A stretch of DNA of 64,000 nt from a virus: positions 64,001 through 128,000 of the IMG/VR virus record IMGVR_UViG_3300008952_002488. One strand, given 5' to 3'. This document shows, piece by piece, positions 54,495 to 64,000 of this stretch (position 1 is its first letter; every line of letters starts with the position of its first letter). The notes under the pieces were generated by a model. It did not search any database. It saw only the letters and a list, made by a program, of their open reading frames with translations, and was not told the DNA's origin. The translations under genes and the position numbers were made by a program.

Positions 54495-55802
54495 ATGACA
54501 AAGACATTGATTTTAGACACAAACGTTTATCTCACAGAGGTAAGCTCGTTATTTGCATTCGGAAAAAGTGATATTGCAATCCCAACAATTATATTGGATG
54601 AAATAGATAAACACAAACAAAGGCAAGATACGGCGGGATTTAATGCTAGAATGATGAACCGTGTTTTAGATAATCTGCGGAGAAAAGGTAGTTTATTTGA
54701 GGGAGTTTCTCTAGGAAGAGGGAAAGGGAAATTATATGCGGCACAATATGATCCCCGCTATATGCCGGCAGGAATGTCCACCCAAGATTCAGACAATAAA
54801 ATAATTGCCATAGCGATTCGTCTCAAAATGGAAGGCAAAGAAATAGCAATCGTCTCCCGTGATCTGAATATGAGAGTAAAATGTGATGCTTTTGGTTTAG
54901 AATGTCATGATTATCAACCACAAAAGGTGATTAAATCTGTAGAGAAGCTATTTGACGGATGTGAAGAGGTTCTAGTTGAAGGAGAGGTTATTGACGATTT
55001 TTACGAAGATAAAGAGATTCTTTTAGAAGAACAAAATATCAAACTGTTTCCAAATCAATATTTGATTTTAAGATCAGAAAAAGATACCAAAAAATCAGCC
55101 CTGTGTCGCTTTTTAAATTATGAAAAACCCTTGAGAAAAGTATATTCTTACCAAGATATATGGGGACTTTCAGCTAACAATAAAGAGCAGCAGTTTGCTA
55201 TGGATCTCTTATTTGATCCGTCGGTTTCTATAGTTTCGCTGACAGGACAAGCAGGAACTGGCAAAACACTCATAGCTGCTGCTTGTGGTCTAGAACAAGT
55301 CTTGAACAGTACAAGATCTTCGGGAGGTTACGACAAGTTAATAATTACTAGACCTGTACAGCCAATGGGTAGAGATATCGGTTTTTTACCAGGGACCCTG
55401 GAAGAGAAAATGATGCCATGGGTTGCCCCCATCAGGGATAATCTTGAGCATTTATTTGGGGACAGAACTGCGCTTGATCTGCACATGGATCAAGGAACCG
55501 TCGAAATTGAAGCAATGACCTATATTCGAGGTCGTTCCATCTCCAACGCTTTCATGATCGTTGACGAGGCTCAGAATTTAACACCGCATGAATTAAAGAC
55601 TATAATAACCAGGGTCGGACATGGAACTAAATTAGTGCTTACAGGCGATATTCAGCAGATAGACAATTCTTACGTTGACGCAGTATCCAATGGATTGACA
55701 TATGCAGTTGAGAAATTTAAACAATATGACATTTCTGGTCACATAACCCTTATTAAGGGAGAGAGATCTAAATTGGCAACATTGGCATCGGAGATTTTAT
55801 GA
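54495..55802 (+). CDS. phoH: PIN-PhoH (PhoH2/YlaK-type) protein
   Basis: ILDTNV and D.NMRVK PIN motifs; GQAGTGKT, GFLPG.LEEKM, YIRGRS, DEAQN, GD.QQID. Confidence 0.93.
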   Translation: MTKTLILDTNVYLTEVSSLFAFGKSDIAIPTIILDEIDKHKQRQDTAGFNARMMNRVLDNLRRKGSLFEGVSLGRGKGKLYAAQYDPRYMPAGMSTQDSDNKIIAIAIRLKMEGKEIAIVSRDLNMRVKCDAFGLECHDYQPQKVIKSVEKLFDGCEEVLVEGEVIDDFYEDKEILLEEQNIKLFPNQYLILRSEKDTKKSALCRFLNYEKPLRKVYSYQDIWGLSANNKEQQFAMDLLFDPSVSIVSLTGQAGTGKTLIAAACGLEQVLNSTRSSGGYDKLIITRPVQPMGRDIGFLPGTLEEKMMPWVAPIRDNLEHLFGDRTALDLHMDQGTVEIEAMTYIRGRSISNAFMIVDEAQNLTPHELKTIITRVGHGTKLVLTGDIQQIDNSYVDAVSNGLTYAVEKFKQYDISGHITLIKGERSKLATLASEIL

Positions 55803-56464
55803 GAGAATACATTTTCGAAAAAACCTCCAATATGACTCATCACTTTAAATTCGGCGGGATCGATGTACACATCGATGAGCCTCTTCCTGATGATATATCC
55901 ATAGAAAGGGTATTAAAAACAGTAGAACAAAAATTACCTTCAGTTTATTATCAAGATCTCAGGGCTGTGCGTGTGGGTTCTTACAAAGAATTTGACCGCC
56001 GCCAGGTAAATGCCTTATATAAAGACCAGACCTTGTTTATTTCTAACGAACAAGATAATATGAAAGATTTGTTGGATGATATAATACACGAGATTGCCCA
56101 CCACCTTGAGACAAAGGCTGCTGAGGAAATATATGGGGATCGTTTAGTAATTCGTGAATTTATTAAAAAGAGAGAACAAATGAAATTCGAACTGAGATCC
56201 GAAGGGTACTGGACTCAGGAGTATGATTTTAGAGAACTTAAATTTAAAGAATCTTTTGATGATTTTTTATACAAAAGAGTTGGAAAAAGGATGCTCCACA
56301 TGGTTACGACTGGTTTATTTATTCGTCCGTATGCTGCCGTATCACTAAGAGAATATTTTGCGACTGGATTTGAGGCATACTACTTAGGTAAACGAGATGA
56401 ACTATTCCAGATCAGTCCCGAATTGTATAATAAAATATCTGAACTAGATAAAATAACAAGATAG
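55799..56464 (+). CDS. Zincin-like metallopeptidase
   Basis: IIHEIAHH, YA..S.REYFA.GFE. Confidence 0.7.
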   Translation: MREYIFEKTSNMTHHFKFGGIDVHIDEPLPDDISIERVLKTVEQKLPSVYYQDLRAVRVGSYKEFDRRQVNALYKDQTLFISNEQDNMKDLLDDIIHEIAHHLETKAAEEIYGDRLVIREFIKKREQMKFELRSEGYWTQEYDFRELKFKESFDDFLYKRVGKRMLHMVTTGLFIRPYAAVSLREYFATGFEAYYLGKRDELFQISPELYNKISELDKITR

Positions 56465-56477
56465 AAAGCAGGTTACA

Positions 56478-57317
56478 TTGGCTGGCAAACATATTTCCTA
56501 CTCGGAGTGGAAGAACTGGCATATTTGCCCTCACTACCACAAACTCACCTACATTGATAAAGTAACTCAGTTCCAGGGCAACATTTTTACAGCCTTTGGT
56601 AAAGCCATTCACACTGTTTGTGAATTTACTTTGACTTCCCCCGAAAAGTACAGGGAAGCGGGCGCTATTGAGGAGTTAGTTAAAGAGCAATTCATCGCCG
56701 AACTCAACGCCCTGCCCGATGATGCCCAATTAGAAGCCAAAAGGGATTTCGCCCTCAAAGAGTGGCTGCTAAATGGCGTTCAAATCATCCCTGACCTTTA
56801 TCGCTGCCTTGCCGACAAGTTCGGTAAACTGGGTGAGGACTGGGAAGTGCTGGCAGCCGAAGAGCAACTCTACGAGCCCATCACAGAATTCACGGAAGCA
56901 GAAAAAAAGTTTAAAGGCTTTATTGACCTCGTAGTCTATTCCAAGAAGGATGAGAAAATCCACTTGATTGACTGGAAGACCTGCTCCTGGGGTTGGCGAC
57001 GTGAAAAGAAGAGCGACAAAATCCTCGCCTACCAACTCGTATTCTACAAGCATTTCTATGCCCAGAAGTACGAAGTTGACCCGAAAGACGTTGACTGCCA
57101 CTTCGTTCTATTAAAGCGAACAGCCAAGGCTGGGAAGAAAGCGGAGTTCGTGCGGGTGACGGCAGCTAAAAAAAGAACAACTGATGCACTTAACGCCTTG
57201 ACGAAAGCGTTGCATAATATTAACAAAGAGAATTATATCAAAAACCGTGCTGCTTGTACGAACTGTAAAGACCGCTTTGGAACTTGCGAGTTTTACCAGA
57301 CGGAATATTGTTCTTAG
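56478..57317 (+). CDS. Cas4/AddB-like PD-(D/E)xK exonuclease with Fe-S ligands
   Basis: ISYS...CP, G.AIH, E, GFIDL, IDWKT, QL..Y, C..C......C. Confidence 0.88.
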   Translation: MAGKHISYSEWKNWHICPHYHKLTYIDKVTQFQGNIFTAFGKAIHTVCEFTLTSPEKYREAGAIEELVKEQFIAELNALPDDAQLEAKRDFALKEWLLNGVQIIPDLYRCLADKFGKLGEDWEVLAAEEQLYEPITEFTEAEKKFKGFIDLVVYSKKDEKIHLIDWKTCSWGWRREKKSDKILAYQLVFYKHFYAQKYEVDPKDVDCHFVLLKRTAKAGKKAEFVRVTAAKKRTTDALNALTKALHNINKENYIKNRAACTNCKDRFGTCEFYQTEYCS

Positions 57318-57329
57318 GAGGAAATTTCT

Positions 57330-58598
57330 TTGACAGAAAAAAAGAAGATAAAAGTTTTAACAATTAGTGATCACCCACTATTACCCTCGGGTGTTGGAAC
57401 TCAAACAAAATATGTTATTCAAGCCCTTTTAAATACCGGAAAATTTCAGATAATATCTTTAGGTGGGGCGATAAAGCATCCTGATTATAATGTAACTAGA
57501 ACAGAGGAGTGGCTCGATGATTGGCTCATTTACCCAGTCGATGGATATGGAAACCAAGAAATTGTAAGAAGCATGATAGCTCAATATAAGCCAGATATTC
57601 TTTATTTTATGACAGACCCAAGATTTTATGAATGGCTTTGGCAGTTTGAGGACGAAATAAGATTAGCAGTACCAATGGTTTATTATCATGTTTGGGATAA
57701 TGGTCCAAGCCCTAGGTTTAATGCTCCATTTTATAGATCAAATGATTATATTGCAACCATTTCAAAAGTTACAAGCAACATAGTAAAAGAAGTTGCACCA
57801 GATGTTCCAGAGGAATATATCCCACATGCTGTAAATTCAGTGGTATTTCGGAAACACACATTGCCAGAAGAAATGGCAATGTTGAGGCAAATAAGAAAAG
57901 ACAATAATTTGGAAAATAAGTTTGTCTGCTTTTGGAACAACAGAAACGCTAGAAGAAAAATGAGTGGTTCTTTAGTTTGGTGGTGGAAGTCCTTCTGTGA
58001 TGAGGTGGGACACGATAAAGCAACACTGATATTACATACCGACCCAAGCGACCCACATGGACAACCTTTAGAGTTTTTAGCCCACGAACTTGGACTAATG
58101 AAAGGTCAGATACATTTCTCGAAAGAAAAAGTGCAACCTCAACAACTGGCAATTTTCTATAATCTTGTAGATTGCACGATAAATATTTCGGATGCAGAAG
58201 GTTTTGGGCTGTCCACGTTGGAATCTTTGTCTTGTGGAACCCCTGTTGTTGCGACAATGACTGGAGGACTCCAAGAGCAGGTGACCGACGGAGAGAACTT
58301 CTTTGGGGTTGGAATTGAACCTACTTCCCGAGCCGTTATTGGTTCACAGCAAGTCCCATATATCTATGAAGATAGAATAAACGAGGAAGTTTTCGTTGAT
58401 GCTCTTAAAAAGATATATTATGCGACAGAAGAAGAGAGGCAAGAGATGGGGCGAATGGGCATGGAACACGTTAAAAAGAACTATAATTTTGAGACTTTTA
58501 ATAAACAGTGGATCGATTTCATGTTAAGAGTTCATGAAGAGAGCGGATCTTGGGAAACAAGAAAGAATCACGAAGCCTGGGAGTTTATTGAATTATGA
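57330..58598 (+). CDS. Glycosyltransferase GT4 (GT-B)
   Basis: NRN..RK, AEGFGLSTLESLSCGTPVV. Confidence 0.9.
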   Translation: MTEKKKIKVLTISDHPLLPSGVGTQTKYVIQALLNTGKFQIISLGGAIKHPDYNVTRTEEWLDDWLIYPVDGYGNQEIVRSMIAQYKPDILYFMTDPRFYEWLWQFEDEIRLAVPMVYYHVWDNGPSPRFNAPFYRSNDYIATISKVTSNIVKEVAPDVPEEYIPHAVNSVVFRKHTLPEEMAMLRQIRKDNNLENKFVCFWNNRNARRKMSGSLVWWWKSFCDEVGHDKATLILHTDPSDPHGQPLEFLAHELGLMKGQIHFSKEKVQPQQLAIFYNLVDCTINISDAEGFGLSTLESLSCGTPVVATMTGGLQEQVTDGENFFGVGIEPTSRAVIGSQQVPYIYEDRINEEVFVDALKKIYYATEEERQEMGRMGMEHVKKNYNFETFNKQWIDFMLRVHEESGSWETRKNHEAWEFIEL

Positions 58599-59872
58599 TA
58601 AAAGTCTTAATAAAAGGACCAATTTTTAGTAGAAGCGGTTATGGCGAGCATACAAGATATATGTTTAGGGCACTAAATAGTCGTCCGGATCTTTTTGATA
58701 TTTTTGTACATCCGACTAATTGGGGGCAGTCAAGCTGGAATCTTGATTCCTCTGAGGAAACCAAAAATTTCGAAACTTGTGTAAACAAGTTGCAGCAGTT
58801 CCAAGGCAAATTTGATTTGTCGCTTCAGGTATTAATCCCAAATGAGTGGGAGAATTTAGCAGAAAAGAATATTGGAGTCACGGCTGCTATTGAAACAACT
58901 TATGCTTCGGCTCAGTGGATTCACAGCAGTAATTTCATGGATAAGATTTTTGTTACCTCTGAGCACGCCAAAAATACCTTAAAAAACCCGTCTCACACAG
59001 TTAAGACTGAAGATGGAAAAGAGCATATTATAAAACTTACAAAACCAGTTTCTGTGATTTCTTATCCATTTAGAGATATTAAAGCAGATAAATCCAGCCA
59101 CAAGAAAATAAAGCTGGATACAAAGTTTAATTTTTTAACCTGTGCTCAGATTGGACCTCGTAAAAACCTTATGAATACTATTCGTTGGTTTGTTGAGGAA
59201 TTTAAAAATGAAGAAGATGTCGGATTGGTTGTAAAAGCCCACCACATGAATAACAGCGTTTTAGACCGCAATAAAGTGAAGATGTTGCTTAGTCAAGCAG
59301 TTCACGGAGTTCCACACAGAAAATGTAGAGTTTTTCTTCTTCACGGAAATATGACTGAGGAAGAGATGAATTCTCTATATAAGCATCCAAATATTCATGC
59401 GTATGCAACAATAACCCACGGGGAAGGATTCGGTCTTCCTATTTTTGAGGCTGCTTGTAGTGGTTTGCCCGTCATAGCTCCCGCCTGGTCTGGACAAGTT
59501 GACTTCCTTTACGACAACATTAAAAATAAAAAATCAGGTAGACTAAAAAGGACACCAATGTTTACAAAAGTAAAGTATAAATTAGATAAGGTCCCACAAG
59601 AAGCTGTCTGGGAAAATGTTGTAGAAGCAGATTCACAGTGGTGCTATTCAGATGAGGCGGCTTATAAAAAAGCCCTAAGAGGAACCATAGAAGCCTACAA
59701 GAGCAGAAAGATTGTAGCAGGAAAGCTTCAAAAATCCTTAGAGAAGAGACTTGATCAAACGAAAATGTTCGAAAAAGTTGTAGAAGAAGTATTAGATGTA
59801 TACCCTGAAGATGTTGCTGAGTTAGAAGATTTTCTAGATGGTCTAGCATCTGAAATACAAGTGCATGAGTAA
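58595..59872 (+). CDS. Glycosyltransferase GT4 (GT-B)
   Basis: SGYG, PRKN, HGEGFGLPIFEAACSGLPVIA. Confidence 0.9.
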   Translation: MIKVLIKGPIFSRSGYGEHTRYMFRALNSRPDLFDIFVHPTNWGQSSWNLDSSEETKNFETCVNKLQQFQGKFDLSLQVLIPNEWENLAEKNIGVTAAIETTYASAQWIHSSNFMDKIFVTSEHAKNTLKNPSHTVKTEDGKEHIIKLTKPVSVISYPFRDIKADKSSHKKIKLDTKFNFLTCAQIGPRKNLMNTIRWFVEEFKNEEDVGLVVKAHHMNNSVLDRNKVKMLLSQAVHGVPHRKCRVFLLHGNMTEEEMNSLYKHPNIHAYATITHGEGFGLPIFEAACSGLPVIAPAWSGQVDFLYDNIKNKKSGRLKRTPMFTKVKYKLDKVPQEAVWENVVEADSQWCYSDEAAYKKALRGTIEAYKSRKIVAGKLQKSLEKRLDQTKMFEKVVEEVLDVYPEDVAELEDFLDGLASEIQVHE

Positions 59873-60710
59873 GATATTATTCATTGCCGATATATTTGCA
59901 GAAGAGTGGCTCGGCGGTGGAGAACTTAATAACCAAGAACTCATTGGGATATTGAGAGAAAAAGGACATGAGGTTCTGACTGTTAAAAGCGAAAATGTCA
60001 ATTTAGAATTTTTACAACATTGGCAGAATGACGCAAAATTTATCGTCTCCAATTTCATAAAACTGCCGGAAGAAGTAAAGCAACACCTTCAGGAGAAGCA
60101 TGATTATGTGATTTATGAACATGATCACAAATATTTGACAACTAGAGATCCATCTGTTTTCGAAAATTATCTAGCGCCGGATGAAAATATTGTAAATCTT
60201 GATTTCTATAAAAATGCAAGAGCCGTTTTTTGTCAAAGTAGTTTACATGCTGAGGTTGTAGAAAAAAACATAAAAACAGGAAATGTACATTCGCTTGGGG
60301 GAAACCTCTGGAGCCTCGAAATTTTAGATATGTTATCATCTTTATTCCACAAGGAGAAAAAGGAAAGATATTCGATATGGGACTCGCACAATCCTATAAA
60401 AAATACTTCGCTAGCTAAAGCTTATTGTCACAGAAATAAATTAGAATATGATCTTGTTGGAGAACTACCTTATAGGGAATTTTTAAATCGATTGACAGAT
60501 AATAAATACTTCATATTTTTACCTGAAACACTGGAGACCTTGTGCCGTGTCGTTGTTGAGTGCAGAATGGCCGGCATGACTGTTTTAACAAGTAAGAAGC
60601 TTGGTGCCACAAGTGAAGAGTGGTTCAAATTAAAAGGAGAAGAGCTTATAAGCTTGATGAAGCAGAAAAGAGAAACAATACCAGATTTGGTTTTGGAGAA
60701 ATTATTATGA
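59865..60710 (+). CDS. Divergent GT-B glycosyltransferase
   Basis: GGGE N-terminal loop; ETLCRVVVE.RM.G (Ex7E). Confidence 0.7.
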   Translation: MSKILFIADIFAEEWLGGGELNNQELIGILREKGHEVLTVKSENVNLEFLQHWQNDAKFIVSNFIKLPEEVKQHLQEKHDYVIYEHDHKYLTTRDPSVFENYLAPDENIVNLDFYKNARAVFCQSSLHAEVVEKNIKTGNVHSLGGNLWSLEILDMLSSLFHKEKKERYSIWDSHNPIKNTSLAKAYCHRNKLEYDLVGELPYREFLNRLTDNKYFIFLPETLETLCRVVVECRMAGMTVLTSKKLGATSEEWFKLKGEELISLMKQKRETIPDLVLEKLL

Positions 60711-61441
60711 ATCCAAAAGTTACAATTATAATACCTTGTTATAATTCGGAAAAGTATATCGAAAAGTGTTTGAGGTCTGCCTTATCTCAAACTTATGATA
60801 ATTTTGAGGTTATTTTTGTAGATAATGACAGCGGTGATGACAGCTTGGAAATCGCCGAAAAAATACAAGAAGAGTTCCCAGAACTCCTAATTGATACTGC
60901 CCCAAATTTATACCCATTTTCCTGGGAAGAACCAGTTGAGGCAGCTTTGTCTCTGGCTACTGGTGAATATTTTACAATTCTAGGATCAGACGACTATATT
61001 TCGGAAGATTATGTATCAAATTTCATGAAAAAGATTTTAGAATCCGAAGAAACCATTTTGGTTTTACAAAGCGGAATTAAAGGCATAGACGATAAGTCAA
61101 ATTTGATCGACCAAGATGTTTCTCACATTTATTCAAGTATAGAGGAATTTAAAGAACTCCTGCTGCAAAGATGTCCAGTAACAACTCCGTCCGTAGTTTA
61201 TAAAACAGAGCTTCACGGAAAAGGAATTGTAAGATGGCTGGCTAGCGAATATCTTGGGGCTGCCGATTATGATCTTTATTTTAATTTGGCTGATAATGAC
61301 GTTTATATCCATCCTGTCGGGGAGTGGCTTGGGTATTATTATCGCTGGCACCAAGACCAGGCAACATGGGGGATGCAAAAACAACCTCTAAATTACGACT
61401 TTATGCTCCAGAATCAATGGAGAGAAAAGTGGGGAATGTGA
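60707..61441 (+). CDS. Glycosyltransferase GT2 (GT-A)
   Basis: IIIPCYN, QTY.NFEVIFVDNDS.D, GEY...LGSDD, DYDL. Confidence 0.92.
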   Translation: MNPKVTIIIPCYNSEKYIEKCLRSALSQTYDNFEVIFVDNDSGDDSLEIAEKIQEEFPELLIDTAPNLYPFSWEEPVEAALSLATGEYFTILGSDDYISEDYVSNFMKKILESEETILVLQSGIKGIDDKSNLIDQDVSHIYSSIEEFKELLLQRCPVTTPSVVYKTELHGKGIVRWLASEYLGAADYDLYFNLADNDVYIHPVGEWLGYYYRWHQDQATWGMQKQPLNYDFMLQNQWREKWGM

Positions 61442-63237
61442 AAGTAAGAGTTGTTGACTATATTGCTAACAAAATTGATGAACTTGGTGTAAGGGATGTT
61501 TTTACTCTTACCGGCGGCGGTGCAATGTTCCTCAATGATTGTATTGCAAAACACCCAAATCTAAGAGCTATTTGTAATCACCACGAACAGGCTTGCGCCA
61601 TGGGTGCGGTAGGCTATGGAAAATACACTAACAATTTTGGTGTATCAATAGTGACCACTGGTTGTGGCAGCACTAACGCTCTGACTGGATTATTGGAAGC
61701 GTGGCAAGATAATGTCAAATGCTTGTTTATATCGGGACAAGTAAATAAATCACAAACTACTCATAATATAAACGTACCACTAAGACAACTAGGTGTCCAA
61801 GAGGCTAATATCGTTGATGTAGTAAGACCGATATGTAAATATGCAATTATGATAACAGACCCAAACAGGGTAAAGTTTGAGGTAGAAAAAGCAATTCATA
61901 TCGCCAGTGAAGGACGCCCCGGACCAGTTTGGCTAGATATCCCATTGGATGTACAGGGGGCTTTTATTGACGTTGATGATTGTCTTTCTTATCCCATTAG
62001 GAGAAATAACCACATAAAGAAAAAAATAACCCCAAGCGAGTGCGAATCCTTATCTGAGATGTTTGATAAAGCCGAACGCCCAGTGGTTTTAGTTGGGAAC
62101 GGTGTTCGCCTAGCTGATGCCACGGAACAACTCAAAACATTTGTTGAAAAATATAATATACCCACGGTAGCTACTTTTCTTGGCGTTGATCTACTAGAGA
62201 GTGATCACCCCTTGATGATCGGGAGGGTTGGAATCAAAGGGAATCGTGCAGCAAATTTCGCAATGCAAAACTCGGATCTTTTGATAACTATCGGTACTCG
62301 CTTAGGTGTTCCTGTGACTGGGTATAATTATGAGACCTTCGCTAGAGAGGCAAAGATCGTAGTTGTAGATATTGACAGAGAAGAACACCGGAAAAACACA
62401 ATCAAAATAGATAAACTGATTGGCTCCGATGCTAAGAACTTTTTAGAAATTATAAAGTTTAATAAAAAGGTTACCAAAGAATGGTCAGACACATGTTTGA
62501 GGTGGAAGAAAAACTGGAGAGTATGTAATCCGGAATGGAGCAAAGACAAAGAAGGAATAGATCTATATTATTTTATGGATCATCTCTCAAGGCAGAATAA
62601 AGATGACTCGGTTGTTGTATCTGATGCAGGATCCGCATACTATGTTCCTTCTCAATTTCTGGATATTAAAAAAGAACAAAGATATGTAACGTCTGGAGCA
62701 CAAGCAGACATGGGGTTTACGATCCCCGCCGCCATTGGGGTTAGTGTTGCAAGGGGAGATAAAGAGGTTATAGGAATTACAGGCGATGGATCTTTCCAAA
62801 CAAACATCCAAGAACTTCAGACAATAAAACATTATAACCTACCGATAAAACTTTTCGTGTGGAACAATCACGGATATTTGTCTATCAGAACAACACAGAG
62901 AAAGTTTTTTGATGGCAGATTTATAGGTGTTGACGGCGATTCTGGAGTGTCACTTCCAAACATAGAAAAAATTACCGACGCCTACGGGCTGAAGTATTTT
63001 AAGATTGAAACTGTTGAGGGGTTGGAAGATGGCATACAAAAGGTTCTGAATTATGATGGTCCAGTTGTGTGTGAGGTGATGTGTCAAAAATGGCAAGAAG
63101 TTGTTCCAACGCTTATATCGACAAAGACAAAAGACGGAAGAATCGTGTCTAGACCATTCGAAGATATGTATCCGCTCTTAACTAGAGAAGAATTTTACGA
63201 TAACATGATTATCGAGCCTATAAACTATGAGGAATAA
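61438..63237 (+). CDS. ThDP-dependent acetolactate-synthase-like enzyme
   Basis: HHEQAC.M.A, SGQ, GRPGPVWLDIPLDVQ, GDGSFQ.N.QEL...NN; GTG start overlaps upstream TGA. Confidence 0.92.
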   Translation: MKVRVVDYIANKIDELGVRDVFTLTGGGAMFLNDCIAKHPNLRAICNHHEQACAMGAVGYGKYTNNFGVSIVTTGCGSTNALTGLLEAWQDNVKCLFISGQVNKSQTTHNINVPLRQLGVQEANIVDVVRPICKYAIMITDPNRVKFEVEKAIHIASEGRPGPVWLDIPLDVQGAFIDVDDCLSYPIRRNNHIKKKITPSECESLSEMFDKAERPVVLVGNGVRLADATEQLKTFVEKYNIPTVATFLGVDLLESDHPLMIGRVGIKGNRAANFAMQNSDLLITIGTRLGVPVTGYNYETFAREAKIVVVDIDREEHRKNTIKIDKLIGSDAKNFLEIIKFNKKVTKEWSDTCLRWKKNWRVCNPEWSKDKEGIDLYYFMDHLSRQNKDDSVVVSDAGSAYYVPSQFLDIKKEQRYVTSGAQADMGFTIPAAIGVSVARGDKEVIGITGDGSFQTNIQELQTIKHYNLPIKLFVWNNHGYLSIRTTQRKFFDGRFIGVDGDSGVSLPNIEKITDAYGLKYFKIETVEGLEDGIQKVLNYDGPVVCEVMCQKWQEVVPTLISTKTKDGRIVSRPFEDMYPLLTREEFYDNMIIEPINYEE

Positions 63238-63240
63238 AAA

Positions 63241-64000
63241 ATGGCAACCGACCCAAAAAAGACAACTATTTTAACACTAAGGAGGCACAAGAGACAAGAA
63301 AAGAAATCTGTATTTGTGACCGCCTATGATTATCCACAGGCACTACTCGCTGACAAGGCGGGAGTTGATGGGATACTTGTTGGCGATTCTTTAGGGATGA
63401 CCACCTTGGGTCATAAAACAACTATACCAGTTACAATGGACGCTATGATTCTGCACGCCGAAGCAGTTGCCCGTGGAGCCAAGAGTGCTTTTCTGGTGGG
63501 AGACATGCCTTACATGTCTTATCAAGCTTCAAACAGCGAAGCAGTACATAATGCTGGTCGGTTTATTCGGGCTGGCATGGATTCTGTCAAAGTCGAGGGA
63601 GCGATGGTGGATCGTATCAAAGCAATTGCTGATGCCGGAATTCTCGTTCAGAGTCACTTAGGTCTCACCCCTCACACAAGAGCAAAGTTAGGTGGCTATA
63701 GAGTTCAGGGAAAAACTGCGGAGAGCACAGAAATTATTCTTAATCAAGCACTCGAACTACAAGAGGCCGGATGTGCCTTCCTTCTGTTAGAGGCGATGCC
63801 AAGAGAATCAGCACAAGCAGTAGCGAAAGAGTTGAGCATCCCGGTGTATGGTATTGGCGCTGGGGATTTGGTGGATGGTCAGCTTGTTATTATGCACGAC
63901 TTGGTTGGGTTATTTTGGGAGTTTAAGTCCAAGTTTGTTAAGAGATACTGCGAGGCTGGAGCCATTATTCAAACGGCTTTGGAACAATATGCCGAAGAAG
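63241..64000 (+). CDS. panB: 3-methyl-2-oxobutanoate hydroxymethyltransferase (partial, runs off window)
   Basis: Manual translation: VTAYDY, ILVGDSLGM, VGDMPYMSY, VKVEG, HLGLTP, GYRVQGK, GIGAG, DGQL; absent from ORF track because it has no stop. Confidence 0.92.
   Translation, partial: MATDPKKTTILTLRRHKRQEKKSVFVTAYDYPQALLADKAGVDGILVGDSLGMTTLGHKTTIPVTMDAMILHAEAVARGAKSAFLVGDMPYMSYQASNSEAVHNAGRFIRAGMDSVKVEGAMVDRIKAIADAGILVQSHLGLTPHTRAKLGGYRVQGKTAESTEIILNQALELQEAGCAFLLLEAMPRESAQAVAKELSIPVYGIGAGDLVDGQLVIMHDLVGLFWEFKSKFVKRYCEAGAIIQTALEQYAEE

Noticed and set aside
56478-57317. CRISPR-Cas system suggested by the Cas4-like gene
   Set aside because: No repeat-spacer array or other cas genes in the window; solo Cas4-like nucleases are common in phages.

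Overview
This window reads as part of a large tailed dsDNA (jumbo or T4-like) phage genome, not a cellular chromosome. It uses the standard genetic code, genes are densely packed, and almost all lie on the + strand; the exception is a 3-gene block at about 46.4-48.4 kb. Host-like genes include the end of an IMPDH/GMP reductase, a Dam-type methylase, GroEL, glutaredoxin, ClpP, an FKBP/SlyD PPIase, an Hc1 histone-like protein, MoxR-AAA plus a vWA-peptidase, YeaH-SpoVR-PrkA, a eukaryote-type phosphomannomutase, a lytic transglycosylase, TilS, PIN-PhoH, a Cas4-like nuclease, four glycosyltransferases, a ThDP enzyme and PanB. There are five tRNAs, a tmRNA and fibre/structural genes. A PilX-like pilin, a Cys-rich 'CDGLDNDC' lipoprotein and an outer-membrane barrel point to a Gram-negative, probably myxobacterial or deltaproteobacterial host (inference). 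Two promoter classes are visible: TTGAC(A/C/T)-N13-TGnTAnTATA before GC-rich early genes, and a short ACTAnTTA box before structural/late genes. The most interesting signals are: (1) about 14 unrelated proteins share an N-terminal leader ('LMENWRKFLxE' or 'KITKxxLRxIIKEE'), eight of them in one cassette with 2H-phosphoesterase, ART-like and zincin cargo, suggesting a capsid-packaged counter-defence kit; (2) the tilS stop codon lies in the anticodon loop of its own tRNA-Ile2(CAU) substrate; (3) a promoter-driven ~300-nt non-coding transcript has a ~35-bp closing stem and ends in an anticodon-less tRNA mimic; (4) a second multi-stem ncRNA candidate precedes tRNA-Gly; (5) a 10-bp-phased array of -35-like boxes. 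All family calls come from motif recognition by eye; no searches or folding programs were run.
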